DNA of 32,000 nucleotides from Candidatus Saccharimonadota bacterium (GTDB taxonomy: Bacteria > Patescibacteriota > Saccharimonadia > Saccharimonadales > Saccharimonadaceae): the NCBI GenBank assembly GCA_002421785.1, contig DIRZ01000002.1, positions 1 to 32,000 of the forward strand, given 5' to 3'. The translations under genes and the position numbers were made by a program. Under the pieces are notes generated by a model, which saw only the letters and a list, made by a program, of their open reading frames with translations, did no database searches and had not been told where the DNA came from. Below, piece by piece: positions 1 through 9,242 of this stretch (positions are counted from its first letter, which is position 1; each line of letters opens with the position of its first letter).

Positions 1-1759
1 CGGTGAAGGCTTCGGATGGGATGTCGACTTTACCGAAACGTTTCATTCGGGCCTTGCCCTTCTTTTGCTTGGCTAGGACCTTTTTCTTGCGTGACACATC
101 GCCGCCGTACAGGCCAGTCGTGACATCTTTGCGATAAGCGCTGAGATCTTCGCGGGCAATGAATTTACCGCCTATAGCAGCCTGTAACGCCACTTGGAAG
201 TTTTGGCGAGGGATGACCTCTTTAAGTTTTTCGACGATTTCACGGCCCAGTCGCTGCGACTCACTGCGGTGTACCATTACGCTAAGGGCGTCTACTTTCT
301 CGCCAGCGACATAAAAGTCCACCCTCACCAAATCTTGCACACGGTAGTTGTCCAGCTCGTAGTTGAAGCTGCCGTAGCCACTGGTGATGCTCTTGAGTTG
401 GTCATAAAAATCAGTCAACAAATTGGCCAACGGCGCTTCGAATGCAATCAGCGCGCGCTTATCGACATAGCTCAGATTTTTGTGCTGGCCGCGCTTGCTG
501 GCAATGAGCTGGATGACCGCACCGACGTATTCATCCGGTACGACTATCTCGCCCTTGATCCACGGCTCGCTGATTTCGACTACTTGTGCCACGTCTGGTA
601 GTTCGCTGGCCGACTTGATATCCAGCAGCTCTCCGCTTGTCATCTTTACTTTGTAGTCAGTCGAGGGGTTGGTGACTACCAGCTCCAGATTATATTCGCG
701 CTCTAGCCGCTCGCGCACGATGTCCATGTGGAGCAGTCCAAGGAATCCGATGCGAACACCAAAGCCTAGCACCGGTGAGTTCTCCGGCGAAAATTGCAGC
801 GCGCTATCACTTAACGAAAGCTTTTCGACCGCTTCTTTGAGTTCCTGGTAAAACTCGTTGCTCTCTGGGAAAAAGCCGGCGTAGACAAATGGTTGGACGT
901 TTTTGTAGCCCGGCAAGGCCTGCCCGGCCGGCTGATTCTCGAGCGTTATGGTATCGCCCACCTTGGCCTCGCGCGTACTCTTGAGGTTGGTCACGATGTA
1001 GCCAATTTCGCCGGTACCCAACTGCTTGCCCGGCGCCATGTCGGGCTTAAGCGCCCCGACTTCCAGGGCTATACCTTTGGCGCTGGTGGCCATCATCTTG
1101 ATGCCGGCATTCTTGGCGATGGCGCCGTCAAAAACCCTAACGTAGAGCACGACTCCGCGATAATCGTCGTAGTAACTATCGAAGATCAGCGCTCGGGTTT
1201 CGGTATTCACGGGTGGCTTGGGCGCGGGCACATCGCGGACGATGCGCTCCAGCACGGACTCGACACCTACGCCAGTCTTGGCCGATATCTGCAGGATATC
1301 CTCGAACTCGCAGCCTAGCAGACTGACTATTTCGGCGCCGACCCGCTCGACGTCGGCCGCTGGTAAATCGATCTTGTTGAGCACCGGAATGATGGTCAGG
1401 TCGGCTGCCATCGCCAGATAGACATTGGCCAGCGTCTGCGCCTGGATGCCCTGGCTGGCGTCCACTACCAGCAGCGCCCCTTCGCAAGCTTCCAGGCTTC
1501 GCGAGACCTCATAGCTGAAGTCAACATGCCCGGGCGTATCGATGAGATTGAGCTCGTAGTCCTTATAACTCATGCGCACCGGCGCCAGCTTGATAGTGAT
1601 GCCCTTTTCGCGCTCCAAATCCATCTTGTCGAGCAATTGCGCCTTCATGCTGCGAGCTTCGACCGTGCCAGTTAACTCCAGCAATCGGTCAGCCAGCGTC
1701 GACTTACCATGGTCAATGTGCGCAATAATGCAAAAATTGCGAATATGGTCCAAATTCAT
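1..1759 (-). CDS. lepA: Elongation factor 4 (LepA), C-terminal end cut by the window edge
   Basis: This ORF is missing from the ORF track because it runs off the window. My translation from ATG 1759-1757 reads MNLDHIRNFCIIAHIDHGKSTLADRLL...DTPGHVDF...NKIDLP, the LepA GTPase N-terminus. Near position 1 it reads ...GGDVSRKKKVLAKQKKGKARMKRFGKVDIPSEAF, the LepA tail. The + strand ORFs at 194-1862 are antisense artefacts. Confidence 0.93.
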   Translation of the reverse strand, partial: MNLDHIRNFCIIAHIDHGKSTLADRLLELTGTVEARSMKAQLLDKMDLEREKGITIKLAPVRMSYKDYELNLIDTPGHVDFSYEVSRSLEACEGALLVVDASQGIQAQTLANVYLAMAADLTIIPVLNKIDLPAADVERVGAEIVSLLGCEFEDILQISAKTGVGVESVLERIVRDVPAPKPPVNTETRALIFDSYYDDYRGVVLYVRVFDGAIAKNAGIKMMATSAKGIALEVGALKPDMAPGKQLGTGEIGYIVTNLKSTREAKVGDTITLENQPAGQALPGYKNVQPFVYAGFFPESNEFYQELKEAVEKLSLSDSALQFSPENSPVLGFGVRIGFLGLLHMDIVRERLEREYNLELVVTNPSTDYKVKMTSGELLDIKSASELPDVAQVVEISEPWIKGEIVVPDEYVGAVIQLIASKRGQHKNLSYVDKRALIAFEAPLANLLTDFYDQLKSITSGYGSFNYELDNYRVQDLVRVDFYVAGEKVDALSVMVHRSESQRLGREIVEKLKEVIPRQNFQVALQAAIGGKFIAREDLSAYRKDVTTGLYGGDVSRKKKVLAKQKKGKARMKRFGKVDIPSEAFT

Positions 1760-1773
1760 TGGTCTCTATTATA
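1760..1773 (-). promoter_or_regulatory. -10 box TATAAT placed 8 nt upstream of the lepA ATG (leaderless-type)
   Basis: The minus strand reads GTTATAATagagaccaATG. There is no Shine-Dalgarno sequence. Confidence 0.45.
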
Positions 1774-1793
1774 ACAGAGGTAGGGACTTTTGC

Positions 1794-3458
1794 TTATTCT
1801 ATGCGAACGGGTTTAAGAATCAGTTTGCGAATCTTATAGAACAACGGCCGGACTTCTTCTAGGCCAAAGAGTGCCGAAACGGCGATGTGGGTCACGAACA
1901 CCGCCAGAGTGATGAATCCGAGTTTGGTACCCAGCGTGATGAAGCCTCGGTCCAGCGCACCAAGCGGGAAATATTGCACGGCGATCAAGCCAGCGATCAA
2001 GCTGAAGCCGGAGACTGACGCGATGCGCACGCAACCGTTGATGAACGCCGGATCAAGCAACTGCCGATCGCGAATTACCATGACGGTAGATAAGATTATG
2101 ACCTCGACCATAGCAACGATGGACTGGGCCAACGCCAGGCCGGCCACGCCGTAGCTGGTCGGTTTCGACAAAAGATAAGCCAGCGTGATGTTGAGCGAGA
2201 TGGTAAAGACCGAGATGAGCAGCGGAGTCTTGGTGTCCTTTTGGGCATAGAACCAGCGCGAGATGAGCGTGTACAGCGTTCTAAAGAAGATGGCACCGAC
2301 CAAGAAGCCCAAAATTATGGCAATCTCGGGCGCATTCTTCGAGAAAATCAAACGCGCCAGATAGCCTCGGGCAAAGAACGCAACGATGGCAATGGGTGCC
2401 GATATCCAAATCATGGTGCGCAAAATCCTTAGAAAATCCCGTCGGAACAAATCAGACCGTCCCTGGCTCAGCCTTTGGTTCAGCCGCGGGAAAGCCGCCG
2501 TGCTGATGGCCGTACCGATGAGCAGCGTCGGAGCGGTGCTTAGGACATAGGCGTTGTTGTAGTAACTGATGAAGCCCTCGCCCAAGCGCCGAGCGAAGTT
2601 AGTCTCGACGATGCTGTTAAGCTGATCGATTCCCTGGTCCAGAGACCTAGGTGGCAGCTGCTTGAGGATGAGGCGAAAATCTTGGCTTTTCCACATAATC
2701 TTGGGGTGCCAACGAAAGCGCAGATTCACCAAGCCGACCGCGATGATTAGCAGCTGGGCGAGTGCCCCGACGAATGCACCGATACCCAACCCAACCAAGC
2801 CGATGTTGTGGCGGAAAATGAAGATACTAGCGATGATACTGGCGTTATAAAACAGTGGTCCTAGCGCGTAAAAGAAAAAACGGCCAAGGGTCTGTTGATA
2901 GCTGGACAAGATACCAGAGATGGTGAACAGCAGTGGGTTGAAAGCCAAAAAGCGCATGATGGCCACCGTGTTATCGAGTGTCTCGCCTTCCATGTCGGGC
3001 GCCACGATGTGCGTGATGAGCGGCCGGGCGAAAACAAATATTATCACCCCGATGACCAACATGATGACCGCTAACAAGTTGAGTAAACTGGATGTCAGTT
3101 CACTGGCCCCACGTCGATCGCCGCGATGCAGGTGATCCGACAACACCGGCATGAAGGCCACGCCCAAGGCACCGGCTGCTATCGTGAAAAAGAAGAAATC
3201 AGGTATGTTGAAGGCTGCAAAATAGGCATCGGTACTATTTGGACCGGTAGCCGGAAAGTTGGAGTTGACCAGCTTGGTGCGCAAGAAACCTAGCAACTGG
3301 CCCACCATCGACGTGGCAATAAGCAATGTCGCCACGCTGGCAAGCGGGATTCGGGATGAGCGTGTTTTCGTGGTTTCTGACGACGGATTCATTAATTTCG
3401 TTTCGCGTGCCCCTGACGGGCTTTGCGCCTTCACCCAGTATAGCGCGCTCGCTGCCAC
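1794..3458 (-). CDS. murJ: Lipid II flippase MurJ (MviN family)
   Basis: The 554-aa polytopic membrane ORF carries AFNIPDFFFFTIAAGALGVAFMPVL, a MurJ-type N-terminal motif. The track start is a GTG at 3458. A TATACT box lies inside that extension, so ATG 3392 (MNPSSE...) is the more likely start. Confidence 0.85.
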   Translation of the reverse strand: MAASALYWVKAQSPSGARETKLMNPSSETTKTRSSRIPLASVATLLIATSMVGQLLGFLRTKLVNSNFPATGPNSTDAYFAAFNIPDFFFFTIAAGALGVAFMPVLSDHLHRGDRRGASELTSSLLNLLAVIMLVIGVIIFVFARPLITHIVAPDMEGETLDNTVAIMRFLAFNPLLFTISGILSSYQQTLGRFFFYALGPLFYNASIIASIFIFRHNIGLVGLGIGAFVGALAQLLIIAVGLVNLRFRWHPKIMWKSQDFRLILKQLPPRSLDQGIDQLNSIVETNFARRLGEGFISYYNNAYVLSTAPTLLIGTAISTAAFPRLNQRLSQGRSDLFRRDFLRILRTMIWISAPIAIVAFFARGYLARLIFSKNAPEIAIILGFLVGAIFFRTLYTLISRWFYAQKDTKTPLLISVFTISLNITLAYLLSKPTSYGVAGLALAQSIVAMVEVIILSTVMVIRDRQLLDPAFINGCVRIASVSGFSLIAGLIAVQYFPLGALDRGFITLGTKLGFITLAVFVTHIAVSALFGLEEVRPLFYKIRKLILKPVRIE

Positions 3459-3534
3459 ATAAACAGAGTAATCGCTACCATTTTTTAGCCATTACATAAG
3501 CACAGAGGCCGCCTGTCAACAACCTGATGAGATA

Positions 3535-6180
3535 CTACTTTAGATGGATGACACCACTATCGCCGCTTATCTCACGCATACCATCATCAGGCGCATTCGA
3601 TTCGGCGGCCGGTGCGTTGGTCGCGGTAGCTGATGTTTTTGATTTACGTTTGCGAACTCGTTTGCGCTTGGGTTTTGTCGGCTCGACGTCTTTTTCAGTC
3701 AGTGTGGTGGGTGGAGCGGTCACGTGGGCCAATGCCGTATGCGCAGCGTCATGTGCGGGTGATTCGTTGCCGGCCGGCTTCGCTGGCGTGGCGGCTGGCG
3801 GCGGAGTGGTCGGCTGGGTGTGCGCCCGCGGAGCCGAGTGATGCGCAGACGAGGGCTGTGGATTACCTAAGTACCGCTCATTGACATAGCGGTCAACGAA
3901 TTCCCGACTGACACCATAGCTGCGCCGACTATTCATTATTATGTGCTCTGAATAATCAGTCTGTTGCTGCGGCAAATTGAGCGATATGGCCGAGAAGCCT
4001 GGCACTTTTTCGCCCTCTATCGTCATGCTGATGACGAAATGACGGTTATGCATGTGGACTAGGTCGTATTCCAAGAATTTCGGCTCAAAGTACTTGAGCA
4101 TGCTGCGGGCATCGTCAGCGCTCATCCTGAAGGCAATTATCGAACCTACGTTGCCAAACACGGCATCCTTTACTTCTACCGACATCTGGGCGATATACTG
4201 GTTGGCCACTGTCAAGTTGAGGCCGTATTTGCGCGCCTCACTCAATATGGTCGCGAAACTATCGGTCGCGAAGTTTTGGAATTCGTCGACGTACAGATAA
4301 AATGGCTCGCGCTGATTAGCTGGGATGTCGGCTCGGCTCATCGCCGCTAGCTGTATCTTGGTGACTAGTAGCGCTCCGAGCAAACTGGCGTTGTCCTCAC
4401 CGACCAAACCACGGCTGAGGTTGACGATAAGAATCTTGCGCTCATCCATGATCTGACGGATATTGAAGCTGGATTTGGGCTGTCCGATGATATTGCGCAC
4501 CAGCGGGTTAGCCGTGAAGGCGCCGACCTTGTTGAGCACTGGTGCAACGGCTTCGGAGGCAAACTTATCATTCCAGCTGGCGAACTCAACCATCCAGAAG
4601 TTGCGCACCACCGGATCCTGGACATGCTGCAGCACCTCGTTACGAAAACGTTTGTCGGTAAGTATGCGCGTGATATCCAGCATGGTCGCATTGGGGTAAT
4701 CAAGCAGTGCTAGCAGGCTGTAGCGCAAGATGTACTCCAAGCGCGGTCCCCAGCTATCGAACATCCGCTTTAGTACGCCAATCAATTCGCTGCAGGTATG
4801 TGTCCGCAATTTCGGGTCATTGACCTCCATGGGGTTGAAGGCGATTGGGAAGTCGATATCGGCCGGATTGAAATAAATCACATCATTGGCCCGGGATGGC
4901 GGAATACGCTTGAGTGTACTGACGGCATAATCACCGTGGGGATCGATGACGGCAAAGCCGTACGGGCTATAAATATCGGATATGGTCAGCAGCTCAAGTA
5001 GGCCGGACTTACCGACACCCGTCTGCCCGATGATGTAGAGGTGGCGTCCACGATCCGTTCGAGGCAAGCCGAAGACCGTATTGTGGCCACGGAAGTTAGT
5101 ATTAGCAACAGGGCTGATATCGGGCCGTGGCGTATCACCGACTATCGGCAAATTGGCCGGTGGCTCAGCCGTCTGGCTGGTGGCCCACAGTATGTATGGC
5201 GTCTCGACATTGGTGTGCGGCAAGTGATACAGCGTCGCAACTTCTTCGATGTTCAGCGTGTAACCAGTCCTGTCAAAATCACGAGTCCGATACAAACGGC
5301 CAACGTATGGATCGTCCGAGATTTTCTTGGCCTCGAAACCGTTCAGATAGGTTGTGTTGAATTGCTTATAGCTGGCCACTATCGATTGCATCTGCAGCTT
5401 GGCTTGCGGCGGCGGGACGTTACCGCGATAAACAATCTTGATCGCCGCCTCGAAGGCGAGCTTGTGGCTTTTTTCCTCAGCGCTGTTAGCTCGGGCTTGG
5501 TCATATTCGGTCAGCTTAGCGGCCGTTCCACCTGGGCCATAATCGGGTGGCCGCCACAGTGCCTCAATCATACTAAGCGGGTTGGATGAACCGGCGCCAC
5601 CGCGCAATTTGGCGACATAGCGCTCACTTTTACGGTGCCAATTCGAGGCGGCGGGGCGAATCAAGAGCTGGATCCAGGCTTCCTCGTCAGCCTTGAACTT
5701 GGCCAGGGTGGCGGTGATGGCGGCCAATGGGTCCACCTCGAAACTTTGGAAAGTCTTGATTGGCAAGGCCTCTTGGCCTGTCATACGAATTTCGGTAGCC
5801 AACATGGTGGTATATGGTTCTTGGTTCGCCGTATAATCCGGCACCTCACTGATTTGGACCGTCGGATATTGGGCGTAGATTTGTTCCTCGACGAAACTTT
5901 TCAGATAGGTCGGCACCCAGACATAAAAGCCGATGCGTTGTTTGATGACGGCTATCTCAAAGCTCAGGCACTCACGAAAAGCCGGTTGCCAAGCTTTCGG
6001 CGACGGTATCGTCAGCAGACCATGCAAGCTGGCAAACATCTGCTCGGCGGCTAGCTCTTTTTTCTCGTTAGTCCGTGGCACCTGCAATAACAGCACTACC
6101 CCGTCATCATCGGTATCTTGCGGTTTTGGAGTTGGTACTCTTGTGTCTGCCATAGCAAATAAAGCCGCCAAAGCGGTCAT
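3535..6180 (-). CDS. VirD4/TraG/TraD-like P-loop ATPase (FtsK-HerA superfamily) with a disordered basic tail
   Basis: Motifs are Walker A GQTGVGKSG, Walker B-like LYVDEFQNF, and ARKYGLNLTVANQ. The N-terminal ~350 aa form a non-ATPase domain. The last ~120 aa are Pro/Ala/Thr-rich and contain KPKRKRVRKRKSK. Confidence 0.6.
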   Translation of the reverse strand: MTALAALFAMADTRVPTPKPQDTDDDGVVLLLQVPRTNEKKELAAEQMFASLHGLLTIPSPKAWQPAFRECLSFEIAVIKQRIGFYVWVPTYLKSFVEEQIYAQYPTVQISEVPDYTANQEPYTTMLATEIRMTGQEALPIKTFQSFEVDPLAAITATLAKFKADEEAWIQLLIRPAASNWHRKSERYVAKLRGGAGSSNPLSMIEALWRPPDYGPGGTAAKLTEYDQARANSAEEKSHKLAFEAAIKIVYRGNVPPPQAKLQMQSIVASYKQFNTTYLNGFEAKKISDDPYVGRLYRTRDFDRTGYTLNIEEVATLYHLPHTNVETPYILWATSQTAEPPANLPIVGDTPRPDISPVANTNFRGHNTVFGLPRTDRGRHLYIIGQTGVGKSGLLELLTISDIYSPYGFAVIDPHGDYAVSTLKRIPPSRANDVIYFNPADIDFPIAFNPMEVNDPKLRTHTCSELIGVLKRMFDSWGPRLEYILRYSLLALLDYPNATMLDITRILTDKRFRNEVLQHVQDPVVRNFWMVEFASWNDKFASEAVAPVLNKVGAFTANPLVRNIIGQPKSSFNIRQIMDERKILIVNLSRGLVGEDNASLLGALLVTKIQLAAMSRADIPANQREPFYLYVDEFQNFATDSFATILSEARKYGLNLTVANQYIAQMSVEVKDAVFGNVGSIIAFRMSADDARSMLKYFEPKFLEYDLVHMHNRHFVISMTIEGEKVPGFSAISLNLPQQQTDYSEHIIMNSRRSYGVSREFVDRYVNERYLGNPQPSSAHHSAPRAHTQPTTPPPAATPAKPAGNESPAHDAAHTALAHVTAPPTTLTEKDVEPTKPKRKRVRKRKSKTSATATNAPAAESNAPDDGMREISGDSGVIHLK

Positions 6181-6487
6181 GACTTATTGTCGCACCTTTG
6201 GCGCGACAAATACATAGCTAGGCAACGGAGCGCACTTGCTAGATGCACTTTTTCATCGTATTATAACCTTGTTTTGTAGAGGCGACTGTCTCCAAGGCAC
6301 TTTTACAAGTTGTTCTCACATTTGGACATGGCAAAACGCCGTGTTTGGCTGCCAATGCATGATGCCCTAGTATCGTACATTCGCAGCCAGACATTGGCAC
6401 GGTATCCCAAGAACCCTAGCGGTTCAAGACCAGCAGTACAGGCCCGAGCGATTGCTCGCGTCCTCATATCCTCCGAAGGAGACCACC

Positions 6488-6826
6488 ATGTCCATACCCA
6501 CCATCGTCCGCCGCCTGCGCAAACCCGCCCTCGTCACCGCTGCCGCCTACATGGCAGTTGGAATCGTCATGGCGGCTCCGAAGATAAGGGCGGACTACCG
6601 TGCACATCACCGGACAAGTCAGCAGCGGAGACGCCAACCAGCGCTCAACATGAGCTTTGTCGATCGTCTCCGAGCCGCCAACCACGGCAACATCGGTGCG
6701 CTCAGAGACCTTTCCCCCGCCGAGCTGGCTTGCGCCACGCTCTACCTGCGCGGCAGCGTCGTCCGGCGCCTGTCAGGCATGGGCACACTCGCCAACCCCT
6801 TCGGAGAAGGGAGACAGCGGCTATGA
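6488..6826 (+). CDS. Hypothetical basic protein with an N-terminal hydrophobic segment (high-GC cassette, gene 1)
   Basis: AAGGAGA lies 5 nt upstream of ATG 6488. Codons end strongly in C/G in this frame. The hydrophobic segment is ALVTAAAYMAVGIVMAAP. Confidence 0.55.
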   Translation: MSIPTIVRRLRKPALVTAAAYMAVGIVMAAPKIRADYRAHHRTSQQRRRQPALNMSFVDRLRAANHGNIGALRDLSPAELACATLYLRGSVVRRLSGMGTLANPFGEGRQRL

Positions 6827-7077
6827 CGCACGACTACGGATCCCCGCCCATCCACCGCGACGAGCCGTCCGAGCCAACGACAATTGCCGTCAGGGATGTG
6901 GATGAGCCTTTCCGCTCACTGCTAATCGACCTCGGTTATGCCGAGAACGAGCTCCTACCCCTCGTCGACGGCGTAATCACCGTCGCTTCCCGAGTTGGCG
7001 ACGCCGATCGCATCTGTCAGATAGCTGAGGAGCGCGGCTACAGTACCCGACGGCGCCTGCCAGAGGAGACCAACTGA
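6823..7077 (+). CDS. Hypothetical acidic 84-aa protein (high-GC cassette, gene 2)
   Basis: Its ATG overlaps the upstream stop as ATGA (6823-6826). GGGAGA lies 8 nt upstream. Codons are C/G-ending. It is the in-frame C-terminal part of track ORF 6310-7077. Confidence 0.55.
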   Translation: MTHDYGSPPIHRDEPSEPTTIAVRDVDEPFRSLLIDLGYAENELLPLVDGVITVASRVGDADRICQIAEERGYSTRRRLPEETN

Positions 7078-7166
7078 TGAACCAACCGGTCTATCAGACA
7101 CTACTAGATGAACGAGGTTGCGGAGTGGTGCAACGAGAACAGCTCACAGGGTGGAGAGACAAGTAA
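7077..7166 (+). CDS. Possible 29-aa ORF coupled to the cassette (TGATG overlap)
   Basis: The sequence is MNQPVYQTLLDERGCGVVQREQLTGWRDK. The only support is the start/stop overlap. Confidence 0.2.
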   Translation: MNQPVYQTLLDERGCGVVQREQLTGWRDK

Positions 7167-7327
7167 GGCAACGGGACGTTGTGGACATAGCTTGAGTGCA
7201 GTAATGCTCTCGCTTCCACAATCATCATCCCCAAGCCCCAACCTCTCTCCACCCTGCAGTTCTCTAAGCCCATAATACATTTGTGAGTTTGGAGAACTGA
7301 CTGCTAACCGTGATATGCTTCACGCCA

Positions 7328-7352
7328 CCAAAGCCGCCTAGTACAGGGCGGC
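7328..7352 (-). terminator. Weak hairpin overlapping the ftsH stop codon
   Basis: The hairpin is GCCGCC-N8-GGCGGC followed by TTT on the minus strand. Confidence 0.3.
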
Positions 7353-9209
7353 TTCTTTTGGAAGGTGGCTGCCCTCTAGAATGGCCTCGGCTTCGGTGCC
7401 TTCGATAGTTTCCTTGTCTAGCAGAACATCCTTGAGCTTCTTTAGGTGGGTCATGTTGGCATTGATAACCGAACGGGCACGATTGGCGGCCTCGGTAATG
7501 AGAGCTTCGACTTCTTCATCAATCAGTTTGGCTGTATCATCCGAATACTCACGTTCATGCACCATGCGGTCGAGCATCATGCCTTCATCGACTTTGAATA
7601 CTTGGTCGCGCAACTTCTTGCCCATACCTTGGTGCGTAATCATGTCGCGAGCAATCTCGGCGGCCTTCTGCAGGTCACTACCACCACCCGTGGTGATATG
7701 ATCTTTCCCATAAACGATTTCTTCGGCGATACGTCCGCCCATGGCGCGCGCCAGGACGTCCTTGAACTCAACCAGGCTGGTGTAGACCCGATCTTCTGGC
7801 GGCAAGAACCATGTCACGCCGCCGGTGCCGCCGCGCGGGATAATTGTGACCTTATGAACTGGGTCGCTGTCTGGCAACACGTGTCCGACCAGGGCATGGC
7901 CAGCCTCATGAAAGGCGGTCAGTTCCTTTTCCTTTTCGCTCATGACCTTACTCTTGCGCTCAGGCCCGATGGCCACGCGCTCGAAGGCCTCGGTGACGTC
8001 TTTGGATGAAATTTGCGAGTGGTTGTTGCGGGCGGCGATGATAGCCGATTCGTTAGCGATGTTAGCCAGGTCAGCGCCACTGCTACCGGCACTTTTAGCG
8101 GCCAGAGCATCGAGGTCGACGTCCTTACCGAGCGGTTTCTTTTCGAAGTGAACTCGCAGGATTGCTTCGCGATCCTTACGGTCTGGCAAGTCGATGTTAA
8201 CGCGACGGTCAAAGCGGCCGGGTCGTAGCAAGGCCGGATCGAGCACATCGGCGCGGTTGGTTGCCGCCAGCACGATGACGTTTTGGCCCTGTTCGAATCC
8301 ATCCATCTCAACCAAAATCTGGTTGAGTGTCTGCTCGCGCTCGTCGTGACCGCCGCCCATGCCTGATCCACGACGCCGGCCGACGGCGTCAATCTCATCT
8401 ATGAAAATAATGCACGGAGCGTTCTTCTTGGCCTTGGCGAACAGGTCGCGTACACGGCTGGCACCGACACCGACGAACATTTCGACGAATTCGGAACCCG
8501 AGATACTAAAGAACGGCACATTTGCCTCACCGGCGACGGCGCGGCTGAGCATAGTCTTACCGGTACCCGGAGGGCCGACCAGCAACACCCCCTTCGGAAT
8601 CTTGGCGCCTAGGCTGGCGAATTTCTTGGGGTACTTGAGGAATTCCACGACTTCTTGCAGGTCTTGCTTAGCTTCGGCCTGACCGGCGACGTTACTGAAC
8701 ATGACCTTGTCTTTTTCGTTGCCGTACAGGCGAGCACGGCTCTTGCCAAAGCTCAACGCCTGGTTACCCTGCCCTTGGGCGCTGCGCAGCATGAAGACCA
8801 AAAATCCACCAATCAGCAATACCGGCACCACCGATGACAAAATAGTGACCCAGGCCGATTCGCCAGAAGACTGCGCCTCGTAGGCAACTTGTACCTTGCT
8901 GTAATCAAAACCGATTTCCTTCAGGCTGGCGTTCGGGTCGGTGAAAGCTCGGAGCGAAGGTTGCTCTTCACCTTTTTTAGTGATATCCAGTTCGTTGTTC
9001 TTGACGAGAATTTGCTTGTACTCACCCTCGTTAGCGGATTTGACCGCTTCGGTCAGGGGTATGGTACGGAGTGTCGAGGGCTGGCTGGTAGCCGCGAAGA
9101 TGACCAAGCCGACTAATATCAACATCGCCACGAAGCTGATGTTCTTCATGGTCCGGCGGTCGTTCGGCCGCTTCCCTCTTGGTGACATGTTTCCCTTGTT
9201 CATTGCCAT
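7338..9209 (-). CDS. ftsH: ATP-dependent zinc metalloprotease FtsH
   Basis: Motifs are GPPGTGKT, the AAA second region of homology, and the HEAGHA zinc site. There are two N-terminal TM segments. Confidence 0.97.
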   Translation of the reverse strand: MAMNKGNMSPRGKRPNDRRTMKNISFVAMLILVGLVIFAATSQPSTLRTIPLTEAVKSANEGEYKQILVKNNELDITKKGEEQPSLRAFTDPNASLKEIGFDYSKVQVAYEAQSSGESAWVTILSSVVPVLLIGGFLVFMLRSAQGQGNQALSFGKSRARLYGNEKDKVMFSNVAGQAEAKQDLQEVVEFLKYPKKFASLGAKIPKGVLLVGPPGTGKTMLSRAVAGEANVPFFSISGSEFVEMFVGVGASRVRDLFAKAKKNAPCIIFIDEIDAVGRRRGSGMGGGHDEREQTLNQILVEMDGFEQGQNVIVLAATNRADVLDPALLRPGRFDRRVNIDLPDRKDREAILRVHFEKKPLGKDVDLDALAAKSAGSSGADLANIANESAIIAARNNHSQISSKDVTEAFERVAIGPERKSKVMSEKEKELTAFHEAGHALVGHVLPDSDPVHKVTIIPRGGTGGVTWFLPPEDRVYTSLVEFKDVLARAMGGRIAEEIVYGKDHITTGGGSDLQKAAEIARDMITHQGMGKKLRDQVFKVDEGMMLDRMVHEREYSDDTAKLIDEEVEALITEAANRARSVINANMTHLKKLKDVLLDKETIEGTEAEAILEGSHLPKEAALY

Positions 9210-9222
9210 GTCGTTAAGTATA
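9210..9222 (-). promoter_or_regulatory. -10 box TATACT placed 7 nt upstream of the ftsH ATG
   Basis: The minus strand reads GTTATACTtaacgacATG. There is no SD. Confidence 0.4.
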
Positions 9223-9242
9223 ACGCGTCGGCCAAATGTTGG

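Noticed and set aside
194-1862. Several + strand ORFs of 60-141 aa (194-601, 893-1318 and others)
   Set aside because: They lie antisense to an uninterrupted LepA reading frame whose GTPase motifs are unmistakable. Their sequences are low-complexity, as expected for shadow ORFs.
6421-6440. GGTTCAAGACC resembling a tRNA T arm
   Set aside because: No flanking stems complete a cloverleaf.
6310-7077. A single 255-aa ORF spanning the high-GC region
   Set aside because: Its first 171 residues are Arg/Pro/His-rich and look like an off-frame reading of ORF 6488-6826. That ORF has a strong SD and good third-position GC bias. Only the part from ATG 6823 is kept.
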